Source: Octopus sinensis (lineage: Eukaryota). Taken from it: a stretch of DNA of 64,000 nt. Position 1 is the stretch's first letter. Each line of letters opens with the position of its first letter. The notes under the pieces are model-generated. The model was not told the DNA's origin. It saw nothing but the letters and a program-made list of their open reading frames with translations, and ran no database searches. The stretch spans positions 56,792,001 through 56,856,000 of the forward strand of contig NC_043003.1 in assembly GCF_006345805.1 (NCBI RefSeq), given 5' to 3'. This document shows positions 14,118-27,890 of this stretch, piece by piece. Both the position numbers and the translations under genes were made by a program.

Positions 14118-14158
<41 letters not shown>

Positions 14159-14278
14159 ATATATATATATATATAAGTAATACTAAGCAATAAAGGGTTT
14201 AGCAACGAATTGCCTTACCACATACCGAATCTAGAAATAGCAGTCAAAGAGTTATAGCTATTTCTTCTACTAAAAAGG

Positions 14279-14336
<58 letters not shown>

Positions 14337-14992
14337 TATAAATATAATATATGCTTAAATACACACACACATATATATATATATATGTCTACGTGTATGT
14401 ATGTATCTATACTCATACACGTGCACATAAAATTCATAAAGGTGTGTCTGAACAAAAAGATCGACAAGATATTCTTGATTTGCCCTGAAACCTCAATATT
14501 TTGTTCATTCTCTCTAAGACTACAAAGCGAGGCAGAGAATCACAAAACCGAGCAATTGAATACCATGTAATTGATGAATATTGTTGTGCAAATCTGTAAA
14601 CATTGTATAACGAAGACAATGTTTAAGCAAATATATACAAATGCCTCCGAGGTGTAGCACTACCACCGTTATAATCATGATTATACCCTTCTTCCCCCGC
14701 CTCTGCACCCTGCTTCCCCTCCTCCTCCCCCTCCTCCTCTCTCCTCCCCCTCCTCCTCATCATCATCATCATTATCGTCTGCACCAGCACGGAGAAACCC
14801 ACATTCACCACCACCACCATCATCACCACCATTACAAGTACCTACGTCATCATAATCATCATCATTACCGCCGTGATCATCATCATTACCGCCGTGATCA
14901 TCATCATCAATATCATCCCCATCATCACCACAATCATTATTATACGCCTGGTGCTGCTATTGTTGTTGTTGTTATTGTAGTTGTCGTTGTTA

Positions 14993-15193
14993 AGGCGAGG
15001 TGCTGGCAGAATCTTTAAGCACGCTGGACGAAATGGATAGCGGTATTTCGCTCGTCTGTACGTTCTGAATTCAAATCATGCCGAGGTCGACTTTGCCTTT
15101 CATCCTTTCGGGGTCGATAAATTAAGTACCAGTGAAACACTGGTGTTGATGTAAACGACTAGTTCTCTCCGCAGGTCTTGAGTCTTCAATAGA
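14993..15193 (+). mobile_element. SINE family A
   Basis: Head plus GCCTTTCATCCTTTCGGGGTCGATAAATTAAGTACCAG core. Confidence 0.85.
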
Positions 15194-16109
15194 AATTATT
15201 ACTATTATTATTATTACTGTCAGTTTCATATGAGTTATCGGTATTGCGATTAATTCTATTAAGAAAATTATTATTCTTAATTAAAATCAATATAAATATC
15301 TATAACTTCAGTATAAACATTAATAACAATCCAGCGAGGTAATTTTTAAAATATTTATATAAGGACTATTATCATTAAACGAACTGGACGTAAAGACGAA
15401 ATGATCTAGTTTTGTAACTGATGTCTATTGGGAAAGAATAATATAGAAACGAAAGTGGTATTATGCTGTGGAAATTTTGAAATATAGAACTTATTTTGAG
15501 CTTTTCTTCTCGCTGATTTCAATATGTTTCTCAAGAAAACAATTCGCAAATTCGCAAAATTTCAATTTGGGCAAGTATTAGTGAGACATTATTGTATTTA
15601 TCCTCGTTTTACATATGCGTGTGATTGCGTGTGTGTGTGTGTTTGTACATATATATGTACAAAATAACACCAAATATATAGTGCGTGTGTTTTTATTGGC
15701 TAAACTGGCAATATGACCATATATATATATGCGTGTGGGTGCGTGCTAGTATGTGTATAAAGCAAAGGCTATTTGCCAACATAATGTGGCTGTCCCTGAA
15801 GGGACATGTTACTGCTGTTTAGCCTTAGCAAATATCGTTTCCAGATGGCTATACAACACAATATTCATATTCTTATATTTTCGAACAGAGAGTTCAGTAC
15901 TCTCATCTAGCGGAAAACAATATTCAGGGCTAAACAACATCCTGAAAGTAAAAAAAAAAAGTAAAATCGTCCCTGCACAGCTACATGATGCGGGCAACTA
16001 GCCAATACTTTAAAGAGCTGTTACTGAAAGATTTAGAAATAATAATATTTCTGTTTTATATTTATATATATATACATATACACGCATGTATACATATATA
16101 CATATATAA

Positions 16110-17470
16110 TAAGTGTGTCAGCTGAAACGTTCATAGGCTGACAATAAAATTTTCATGGAATGCGACCAAATGGGGTTTAATTTGAAACTTAGTCCCTCTT
16201 ACAGAGCACATACTTCTTCCAACACTGATTCAGTCTTTGGATCCCATTGCTGAAGAAGATTTCATACTCTCAGTAAAAGAGATCATTAACAGCAGACATG
16301 GTGTTATCATCACTTCGATACTGCTTCCCAACCAAGGTTTTTTCGTGTTGGGAAACTGGTGACAGTGAGGTGTGTGTGCGTGAGGGGGGGGGTCAAATGA
16401 AGAGAATATGGAGGGCGATCAACCATTTCAAAGCCGCAGTCACGCACAGCAGCCACTGAACCTAAGGACTTGTGTGCTGGAGTGCTGCTTTGATGAAACA
16501 AGGCCCTTTTCATCTCTTTTCTTGATTGTTTCGTTTTTATAGCTTCCGTAACTACCTCAGCATGTTGGTATTGTACTCTCCATTATTTCTGTAATGCTTT
16601 TAGAGATAGTGAATAAACACAATACCTTTTGCATCCCAAAAAGCTGTGGCTATTATCTTTCCTGCAAATGAAAAGAGCCTTTTTGGGGAGCAGGTGAATA
16701 TTGGGTGTTTTCCACTACATGTATTTTCCTTTTGTCTCTTGCTCAAAGTGATGAACCCAGCACCCATTCTCTCTTGATAAAATTTCAAGTGACACAGGTG
16801 AACCTGTCTCAAGCAATGGCAGATTTCCCCGAGATGCGACCAGCCTGATGGACTTCTGATCAGGCGTCAGAAGATCTTACACACACCGAGCAGAAATCCT
16901 CGTGATACCAACCTCATTGTGCAGAATATTCTCAACTCTCAAGCGCTAAATAATAATAGCATCGACTATTTCCGTTTTAGTTAATAGCCTGTCATTGATC
17001 AAACGATTTAAGTTTTGTTTCGTGGTTGCAGTTGCAGGACGTCCTGTCACTGGGTCATCTTCAAGACATTCCTTACCGTCCTAAATTCAACTGCTCACTT
17101 TTGAACTGTTGATAAAGCTGGAGCATCATCATTTAATGTAGCAACTATGTTAGTATGAATGTCCTTTGGGTTTAAACACTTTTTATTGGCAAGTACTTGA
17201 TAACATCAGTTTCTGCTTCTCCTTTCCAATTACTGGCCGTTTTTACATATGGTGGATTGCGCCTGATTTCCATGTCCTTCGACTCTCTCAGCATCATCAC
17301 CGTTTGTACCTTCCTTAGTTTACAAATTTAGACTATTGACGCCAGTAGTAAATGCAACCTCTTTTACGATAGAGCTGAAATGTTCAATATCCGTGGTAGG
17401 CTTAGGCACTTTCTAATCAACACATTACCTTGTTGTTCAACGATGTGAACGAGTCTCGACGCTACCTCGT
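16110..17470 (-). mobile_element. Degenerate mariner transposon
   Basis: AGKIIATAFWDAKGIV, LFHQSSTPAHKS (HQDNAPAH-like), RPPYSLHLTP (HPPYSPDLAP-like), LEDDPVTGRPATAT; TACGAGG-type end at ~17470. Boundaries are approximate. Confidence 0.85.
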
Positions 17471-17938
17471 ATATTAAAAGTGGCCATGAATGTCGCGGAT
17501 ACAAGTCAAACTATAAGTTTGCTACATCACTAGTAACGATGACACCACAGCTTAATTAATCTTCAGAATGTAGTTACCTCAATGAAGTTTACATTGCTGC
17601 AGGAAGTAAACGGGGAGCCAGGAAGAGAGATACCGGAAAAAAAATGGCCAGTGGAAAAGAGAGAAATACTAGGGTTAAAATTAAAAATTAAATATGCATT
17701 GCGTGAGTCGTATGGGAACACTGAGCGTATTAAAATTTCTTTGACTTCGATATGGAAGGAAGTGTGTCTCTTACAACGTTAATAAATATATTTTATCGTA
17801 TACTGTCCACCTTTTGTTCTCTATACTATCCGCGCATATTGCTTGAAGCTTACTAACTCCCTACACTTGCATCTTTGGATCGCACTTACCTATATATATA
17901 TGTGTGTGTGTGTATGTGTGCGCGTGTATGCATGTTTG

Positions 17939-17975
<37 letters not shown>

Positions 17976-18028
17976 GATTGATCAACATTTTCTTTTCTAT
18001 TCCCTTTTCTGTTTATTTCCTCGTGTTC

Positions 18029-18064
18029 CTTTCTGCTGAAGAGCGTAGTCTCGAAACGTAAAAG
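18029..18064 (+). ncRNA. Minimal HHR-like motif in a pLTR fragment (17960-18150)
   Basis: CUUU-CUGCUGA-A-GAGC(GUAG)UCUC-GAAAC-GUA-AAAG; same family as 13727. Confidence 0.55.
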
Positions 18065-18439
18065 ACTTTCTCACCTACCGTGCGTCAAATGAATAGACTT
18101 TCTTATTGCTCATACACCTGTTTTCGTCTCTTCTTTCTGTAAATTTCAACTGCATATGTATATATATATATATACACATACATATTTGTGTGTGTGAGTG
18201 TATGTGTGTGTTTGCGTCTGTTTGTGTATGCGTGCATGTATGCGTGCATGTATGCGTATTATATAAAGAGTTACTCGAAATATGAGAATCATCGAATTTC
18301 AACACTAAACGTAAATATACATATGCAGTAAAGCTACACGTTAATACACTAATGAGATTTTAGTAATACAAATTCTGATGACATTTTCGAGCGCACTCAC
18401 TGAAAGTTTTCCGCTGTACAAGAATACTACATTTATATA

Positions 18440-18856
18440 TTACTCCTTTACTTGTTTGAGTCATTTGACTGTGGCCATGCTGGAGCACCACCTCTAGTCG
18501 AGCAAATCGACCCCAGGACTTAATCTTCGTAAGCCTAGTACTTATTCTATCAGCCTCTTATGCCGAACCGCTAGGTTACGGGGACGTAAACACACCAGTA
18601 TCAGTTGTCAAACGATATTAGGGGGACAAATAAGTCACACAAACACATAAACACACACACACACACATACACACACACACATATATATATACACGACGGG
18701 GTTCTTTCAGTTTCCGTCTACCAAATCCGCTCACAAGGTTTGGTTGGTCTGAGGCTATAGTAGAAGAAACTTACCTAAGGTGCCACGCAGTGGCACTGAA
18801 CCCGAAATCATTTGGTTCGTAAGCAAGCTATTTACCACGCAGCCAATCCTACGCCT
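18440..18856 (-). mobile_element. tRNA-derived SINE, family C (internal CA/TA microsatellite)
   Basis: Reverse complement has a tRNA-like head GGCTGCGTGGTAAATAGC...GGGTTCAGTGCC and the GGATTTGGTAGACGGAAACTGAAAG body shared with 20978. Confidence 0.85.
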
Positions 18857-19824
18857 AAAAACAGATACTTAGGTTCTACCGAAATGATAATTAATTGCTT
18901 TTAAAAATAAAATCGTTTTCTCTTAAGAAGTAGGTGCACATACTTTCTGAGGACACAATCGTGTTTCGAGCAGTCATACGATGCCATATTCATATATGTC
19001 TCAATTTTATTGTGTCTAGGGAGGGTCATTTCGCCAATTATAATAATAACGCACGCACTGATTCAATATCCCTTCTTTATTGTCAGACAATTGCTTAAAT
19101 ATCTAACCAACTAAGAAATCGATCATTTCTTTAATGTGTAGTTTTCAGTGTTTGGCTAACGGTCCTGTATGGAGAAAATATTTTCATTTTTGAATACATA
19201 ATACTATATTTACACCTTTGACAACATCTCATTTATCTCAAAATAAAAAAAAAATATATTCTCTCTCTATTCGACTTCCGCAACATGTTACTCTTTCATG
19301 TATTCACTTCATTATTTCTTGCCTTACTCTCTATCAATCTATATCTTTAGATTTATAACTCTTTCATTTTTCCCTCGTCACAATCTTCTTACAGATATCA
19401 TTATTTCACGTCTACAACACAACCCGTCCAAATCTCTCTCTGTCTTTGTCTCTCTCTGTCTCCATCTCTTTTACTCTCCCTTTCTCTGTATCTATTTCGT
19501 CTCCATACTGTCAATCGACTACCGCATATCTACATATTTAACCAATTAAATTCATAACTATTACTTTCCTTCTCACACTCATTGATTGGAATTTCAAAAT
19601 TCCCGTCGCGTAGTAGAAACTATTTCAGATTAACACTCAAAACATGGTGGCACGAATATACATTACTTGTATGGATATGATTATCTCTCCCTTCTCTCTC
19701 TTTCTCTCTCTCTGTCTCTATGTCTATATATTTATCTACCTAACTATTTTTCTACCTATCTATCCTTCTGTGTGTGTGTGTGTATATATATACACACACG
19801 CATATATACCAGTCTGTCTTTCTG

Positions 19825-19868
<44 letters not shown>

Positions 19869-20012
19869 ACTATATATTTATCTATCTACCTATGTATCTC
19901 TCTCAATGTATACATACATTCATACAAACATACATATGTATATATTTATATACACATAGATATAAATAGATATTGTATATATTATATATACTGTATATAT
20001 ATATATATATAT

Positions 20013-20055
<43 letters not shown>

Positions 20056-20110
20056 GAGAGAGAGGGAGAGAGAGAGATAGTTGAAATGACGCTCGGGAAG
20101 GTGAGAAAGT

Positions 20111-20146
20111 CTTTTACGTTTCAAGCCTACGCTCTTCAACAGAAAG
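20111..20146 (-). ncRNA. Minimal HHR-like motif in a pLTR fragment (20080-20200)
   Basis: Reverse complement: CUUU-CUGUUGA-A-GAGC(GUAG)GCUU-GAAAC-GUA-AAAG. Confidence 0.55.
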
Positions 20147-20263
20147 GAACACGAGGAAATAAACAGAAAGAGAAAAAAAAAAAACTTGTGGAGTTAGCGG
20201 TCAATCATGTATATGTATACGTATATAAACGTATGTGTATATATTATATATATACATACATAT

Positions 20264-20316
<53 letters not shown>

Positions 20317-20977
20317 GCATGCACACGCAGACATATAAAGCGAATAAAATAATGAAGTCATACAGTATAACGTATGTATTATCTAATGTATTGTGATACT
20401 TCCGTGTGAACATTTCTGTTATAGCTTTAGGGTGAAAAAATAACATAACTTTCAGAATGATGAAAAGTTTGATTGTCATAAGAATGGTTTCTGACTCAAC
20501 AAATGAATATGTTTCAAGCTCACTCGCTGTTCAGTACGGTATATATTCAGCAACAAATCTCTCGTTTGGCGTCGATAGATCCGTTAATGTATTTGTTAAG
20601 AACGATCCAGGGTACACTTTATTAGCGGACATGGATTTGGATTAGCATGAGGAAAACTTTGTTGTGTTATTCTGTTTATCAGACTTGTTTGCCTTGCATA
20701 TTTAAGCAACAATAATTCATATGTGAAGTATGCGTCATCTGTATTGATGAGCCTTATGGAAATACTAAAATTTTAAAACTTGACATTTTAAAAGCCAAAA
20801 TCCCAAATGACGGAAACATTATAGACAAATACTATAATTTTTTTTCTTATACATTCTGTACATTCGACGTCGTCTATGTATTTAAATACAATATATCTTT
20901 AACCGATGCATTCTTCCAGCCAGGCCAATATACATGAAGCGAAAAAATGTGCATCACTAAATGAAGTACGGAAAGTT

Positions 20978-21349
20978 GAAGTGGCTGTGTGGTAAGTAGC
21001 TTGTTTACCAGCCACTGAGTTCCGAGTCCAGTCCCACTGGGCCCCGGAAAACTGGGACAAGTGTCTTCTATTATAGCCTCAGGCCGACCAAAGCCTTGTG
21101 ACTGGATTTGGTAGACGGAAACTGAAAGCAGCCTGCCGTATATGTGTGTGTGTGTGTGTTTGTTTGTATATGCTTGTTCCCCATCACAATATCGCTTGAC
21201 AACCGATGCTGGTGTGTTCCTGTCACCGTAACTTAGCGGTTAGTCCAAAGAAACCGATAAAATAAGTACTAGGCTTACAAAGAATAAGTCCTACGGTCGA
21301 TTTGCTTGACTACGTGGAGGCAGTCAAATGAATGAAACAAGTAAAAGAA
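20978..21349 (+). mobile_element. SINE family C
   Basis: Homologous to 18440-18856; further degenerate pieces at ~22431-22620, 31795-32198, 43755-43925 and 55645-55800. Confidence 0.85.
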
Positions 21350-21354
21350 TATGC

Positions 21355-21396
<42 letters not shown>

Positions 21397-21833
21397 GAGG
21401 GTGTATGTATACGTGTGCACATGCGTATCTGTGAGTGAGTGCGTGTATATATTTATACGTGTGTGTTTACATGTGTGTGTGTTTTACTGTATGCTCATAA
21501 CGCATAATAATTATTGGCAAAAAATGCGGGTGAATAACGAAATCAAAGGATAACTGAATATTAGTTTAAATAAATAATTGGTAAATTATGAATGGTGGAT
21601 CTGTACATCAGTTGGATAGAATAGGTAATATCTTGCTATATTGTATTGTAAATAATCTACTCTTTGTATTTTATAATTAGATATTAGAGTGCGAGATGGA
21701 ATTCTTTAACTGCATTTGAGTATCTACGTTATTTATTGTTACATCATTTTGTTAGTGATATATTTATGTGTCAGTATTTATTTATGTATGTATGTGTATA
21801 TTTAAGTACATACATTCATACACACACACACAT

Positions 21834-21884
<51 letters not shown>

Positions 21885-22681
21885 TGTATATTAATACGTA
21901 AACACAAACACACACGCCATCCATAATAGAATAGACATAGACAAATATAATATACTGTCTGATTTTAATTATAGTATGTGTGGAATCTTTAAAGCCTATA
22001 TACACGCATAACTGTTACTGAGAACAATATGCTCTTTTCTGTATGATATATTATCTGTCAAATCTCCATGATTATTCTTTGTAAACAAAATTGCAGACTT
22101 GTTCTACTGTAGGCATTATAATACTTTTGACAATAATATGAAAATACTTTAATACATACAGTAAAAAATATTTTTAGTGGATAATTTAACTTCTGAAATC
22201 AATTCACTATAAAATTATATTGATGTTTGTGAACAAATACATTAACCTAATGTGAAAACAATTAGTTTCCCATGCCTCAAAATGTTCAGTCATGTACATT
22301 TAACTGGCAATACAAACTACTCAAAGAGTAGAGGCAATGTTTAGCGAATGAGGTCTGAATTAGATAAACAAATGCCCAGTTATATTTTCTGTACCTGTAC
22401 AAAAATTCCATTAATAATCATCTCCATTTTAGTCTTTTACTTGTTTCAATTACTAGACAGAAGCCAATCTTGAGTTCCACCTTCAAACTTTTATAGGTAA
22501 CACGAGCATTTCATTTTAAAGAGTGATTATTATTTCATTGACTATTTTTTGCCGGTGTTCGAACTTACGTTGACTTAAATACATAGCAACCGTGCTCAAG
22601 TGCAGTTACATACCCCAACACATATAACTATATGTGTGTGTGAGTGTGCGTCTATTCGTGAGTGTCTATATATGTGTACGT

Positions 22682-22882
<201 letters not shown>

Positions 22883-23110
22883 TCAAACGTAACGTATTAG
22901 TCGGTATGAAAATAGAATTGAAGAGAGTGTGGATTGATCTTCAAACTACGTGATTGCAAAGTGAAATTTCAAACCACACAGCCATGCTTACTCTTATGTT
23001 CTTATAATTTTGATCACTATACATTGATTTAGAATAGACCTTCAACAGGACTTGTCTGTTTATTTCTAATTATCTTTAAACTGCTTCAAATATTAAGTAT
23101 GGTGTAAGAT

Positions 23111-23320
23111 AGAGAGCTGACAGAATCGTTGGCCTGCAAGACTCAAAGCTTACCGGCATTTCGTCCGTTCTTTACGTTGTGATTTCAAATTCCGCCGCGA
23201 TCGATCTAACCTTTAATGCTTTCGAGATCGATAAAATAAGTACCAGTCGAGCACTGGAATCGGTATAATCGACTTGCTCCTACGCCTATATTGCTGGCAT
23301 TGTGCCAAATTTTGAGACCA
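23111..23320 (+). mobile_element. SINE family A, degenerate
   Basis: TTCAAATTCCGCC and GATAAAATAAGTACCAG motifs. Confidence 0.7.
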
Positions 23321-24302
23321 ATATAAAAAATATATTACAAATGCGAGAAAATTCGATAACGGAACAATGAGAGGAAAAAATGACTTCGAGGTGTTTTCAA
23401 ATTACAGCATAAAAAGTGTTTACTTCCTGTTTCTGTCGACTATGCCTCTCAGCTTAACTTATACATTCTAAGGGTGTAGGACCTTCGTCCAAAAGAGTTA
23501 ACCATTAAATCTGCTCATAGAATCATAGAACTGGACAACGGATTTGTGAGGAAGACATTCCTCAAAGACCTAGCAGATTCAGGCATACCAATATCTTGGA
23601 GTGATTCTTTTCCTTCTGAAAGAAAGACAGGCAAAGTTGGTATCAGTAAAAGTTGAACACAGGGAGCAGCTATTCGAAAGGTATATAGCTGATACTCTAT
23701 CCAACACTTTAACGAATATTTCAGCTCTTTTCTGCCTTATGCTATTGACTAATGACTAAAGTGTTGCACTGAGTCAGCGCTATTCAGTTGTGATGTGATA
23801 TACTAAATATATTAAACTGTATATTAAACATACGTCTGTCAACTTATTCACAATTTAGAACATCGACTGTCAATTATGTACACATGGAATTGACATTTAA
23901 GATGTACACAGCACTAGATTAGAGAATGTTCTATAGCGGGAGATATGTAATTATATTTAAGAACAAAAATCTGCTTCTTGAACGACAGAGATTTAATATT
24001 TGACTGCTGGATGCCATATATCGCGGGTCTACTGAGATCAAGAACAACAGAGATTACAACTATTGTGTGTGACAAATAAATATCTCACGTATCAGCACAA
24101 CAGTAACGACCACCAACTACATTGTTCCTGGAGAGAGCATTATGTTTTCATGAAGTTTACCTCCCCTGAGTTCCTTATGTCTGAGCCATCTCAATCCATC
24201 TATGAAGCAATCTGACGATTAATCTATCTATCTGAGTGTATGCATGTATATATATAGCCACACAGCCACACACAAGCATACACTATATATATACATAGAT
24301 AT

Positions 24303-24363
<61 letters not shown>

Positions 24364-24373
24364 ATAGATAGAT

Positions 24374-24479
<106 letters not shown>

Positions 24480-24989
24480 AGATACATAGATAGATAATGA
24501 CACACACATGTATATAGTGCATATACCTACATACATATATGTATGTGTACCATTATCTATATTTATACTTACATATATAATCGAGCGAACAAGCAATCAA
24601 ATGGCCGTGGCACCCAAAACATATAGTTTGAATTGTTGCTTCAAGTTTTGTGGCCGTAAAAGAACGTGCAGCTCCTTAGGTATTCTGAGGCAATGTGAAG
24701 AGGAAAACAGAACGCTGTCTTTATAACAAAGAAAACTTAAACCACCATTCGTCAGTTCAGCTCAAGTTGTGATTACACAGTGAAAACGGGACTAATGTTC
24801 CCCTTACATGTCGATTATTCATGAATTGTAATATTTGTTGCATCAATTGCTGAAGGCATGGGATAGTAAAGAAAGAATTCTACTGAACATAGAAAATCCA
24901 ACATTCAATAGTCAGTTACAGTCGTGCATCCACAGATGAATTAACGTCAACATATGAATACCACGTCGTGCAGTTCTCGGATTAGATGA

Positions 24990-25530
24990 TAGTGGCACGT
25001 CTGCTAGATCATGGAATTGCAGAATTGTAGGGTTGTAAACACTTTACGGGCTACCTGCATGGTATAGCCCGGCCTTGGGATTATCCGTGATATATGGCTT
25101 GGAATATTTTAAATGCGCATGTCTTTTCTATTAACGGATATCTCACGCTGTTGGGTTATATGCAATCTTTCTCGGAAACAAAATTGGCAATGGTGGCTAA
25201 GGTGAGACCTTGACGAGAATACTCCATGTAATGTTGGTGTCAGATATGGCTGCGGCAACAGAGTTTTCAGATGAACCGGAACAGGCCATGGATAATATTT
25301 GGTTGGACCGCAAGGGCGTCTTCCGAATTTTGAGGCTATCTATAACACTTAACATCAACTTAACAGATGTCGAATTCCTAGATATTATGCTAGACCTCAA
25401 GACAAGCACTTAATACTTCTACAGAAATCTCAAACAAGGAAGCGCTTATTTCCATAATCATTTCAGCTACCTGGGCTTCAGGTATCAACAGGAGAATATC
25501 CAACTTATCCTCACCTCGAGCTATTGAAAT
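24990..25530 (+). mobile_element. Degenerate Penelope-like RT fragment (YRDDGL-type)
   Basis: LSITLNINLTDVEFLDIMLDLKTST*YFYR, GINRRISNLSS, and frameshifted remnants of ELVGL (~25020) and GLYRDDGL (~25078). Confidence 0.6.
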
Positions 25531-25705
25531 TAAAAGATAATTTGAAATTTTGCTATTCTATGAAGTAGAGACCTTTTTAAATTATTGTCTATTAAATTGT
25601 CGCTAACACTCACGACAATCTTGAAACATAAGATAAAATTCATTCATATTTCTAGCAGAGAGGTTGGTGACGCATAAGCGCCATGCTGGCTTATTAATTT
25701 AATAT

Positions 25706-26850
25706 ATATCGGGGCATCCCATAACTTATGCGGCCTTTTCAATAGCATGAGCTAAAAAACGGAGTGCGGCGGGATAAACTACCTGCACCAACTTGCTATA
25801 AAAGCAGGTAGTAATTTAAACTTGTACTGCGTCTTAGTGCAAGTTTTGAAGAGTGCAGTTCGATTTTAACAGTTATTTTATCGGCACCAACAGTAGTTCC
25901 AGAAATTCCGAGCCGAAAACCACAGACTAGAAGACGAGCCTCATCCTAGAAGATCTGGAGTGCTCCAGGAGGACGTCCTGTAAATTCTGGTGGAACGAAA
26001 TTCCATCGTAACGGCAGAGGAACTAGCAGGGAAACTTCGATTTGGTCATTCAACTATTCAGTGACACCTGCATCCTATCGGTAAAGTCAGAAACTTAGGT
26101 CAATGGGTTTCTCACAAACTTTCCTAGTCTAATCGCACGTAGAGAGTGAATGTGTTCTCTTCTTTGCTGCCACATCTCTCGCAAATGAATCATTTTTTAA
26201 CCGAATAGTGCACAGTGATAAGAAATGGGTTTTCTTTTAAAATGCCAAGCACCGAAGACAATGGGTAGGGAATGGACAAAGAACGGTACCCCAGGATAAA
26301 GAGGGTCTTCACCTACGTAACGTGTTATCTGTTTAGTGGGATATGAAAGGTTTAGTCCACTTTGAACTTTTAGACCCATGCCAAACGATAACAAAAGAGA
26401 TTTTCTGCGAGCAGCTTGAGCGGTTCAAGTCGCTGCTAGAAGAAAAACAACCATCTTTGGTTTTAAGACGAAAGTGTTCTTCCATCAGGATAATGCCAGG
26501 CCACATACAGCGAGGATGACATTCTAAAGGCTGGAGCAGTTTCAATGGGAAAGGATATCCCACCCACTCTATTCGCCGGACATTGCCCGATCTGATTGTC
26601 ATTTATTCAGCAGTCCTCAAAATCATTTGGACGGAAAAATAATGAATCCTCTAGACGAGGTCAGAACAGTACTGGAGGAGTATTTTTCGTCAAGTACAAG
26701 TGAATTTTGGGAGAGGGGCCTTGCAAATCTACCAGACAGATAGAAGAGCATTGTAGAAAATAAAGGAGAGTATATTTTAGATTTAAAAAGAAATTTCTTT
26801 ATCTTAGTTTTTAAAAACAAAAAGAAGCATAAAAGCGCATTATTTATGGG

Positions 26851-26852
<2 letters not shown>
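25706..26852 (+). mobile_element. Near full-length degenerate mariner
   Basis: TIR pair TCCCATAACTTATGCG / CGCATTATTTATGGGA with TA flanks; GQWVSHKL, NRIVHSDKKW, WDMKGLVHFELL, HQDNARPH, HPLYSPDIARSDCHLF; multiple stops. Confidence 0.92.
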
Positions 26853-26912
<60 letters not shown>

Positions 26913-27660
26913 TTGTGTGTGTGTGTGAGTATATATATATATATGGGTGAAGGATTAAAATGAATCAAAGGACATACTAAGTATGTCTACCTGCTTGAAA
27001 TAACAGTCAAGATTCTTATTTAAATCGACAAAATACACTGATAATAACTACAAAAATCAACCGTCCAAAGGTAAACAGGTCAAGAAATCTCTCAGCATGC
27101 ATTCAAATATTTGGATTCACGAGGATCGGTTTCCGGACTGGTATAATACCCTAACCTTCCTCAGCACGTTTTACCAAGTTAGAAAGCCCCAACCAGACGG
27201 CTTTCGGCTAAAAACGCAGAATTCAACACGAAGGGTTGGGGCTCTCCTTTAAAACAGATTCAATGATATCTTCGGAATTTATATTTCCGTGAATTATCTT
27301 TCTCCTAAATTATTTGCTCCGTATTGATACCAGATAAGCCAAATATACTTGGATACAACTCACTCAACAAGAACTCCCTACATGAATGGACTATGATACC
27401 ACAAAACTTGACTTGAAAAGGATTGAGATAATCCTATCAGGTGGTGCTTTTATGTCACATATGGCCTGGACCAAGTTAAGATTTATCTAAGATTTATATA
27501 TACATACACACACACTCACACACACACACACACGCACACACATGCGCATATATATAAAATACACTGCTTTATTTTGAGATTGCTAATGTTAACAATACTG
27601 GCAAATGAAATACAGACTGGAGTTGTAGTGCTCGAAGTGAGCTATATTCCGCTTAATAAA

Positions 27661-27885
27661 AGCGGCGAGCTGGCAGAAACGTTAGCGCGCCGGGCGAAAT
27701 GTTTAACGGTATTTCGTCTGTCGTTAATTTATGAATTCAAATTCCGCCAAAGTCGACTTTACCTTTCATCCTCTCGGACTCGATAAACAAAGTACCAGTT
27801 TGGCACTAGGTTGATGTAATCGACTTAATCCCTTTGTCCTTGTCTGTCCACTCTATGTTTAGTCCCTTGTGGGTAGTAAAGAAAT
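27661..27885 (+). mobile_element. SINE family A with 17-bp TSD
   Basis: TATATTCCGCTTAATAA (27643) and TATATTCCTCTTAATAA (27891) flank the copy. Confidence 0.88.
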
Positions 27886-27890
27886 ATATA

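Noticed and set aside
18375-18425. CTGATGA...GAAA spacing
   Set aside because: No stem II or III pairing in the required positions.
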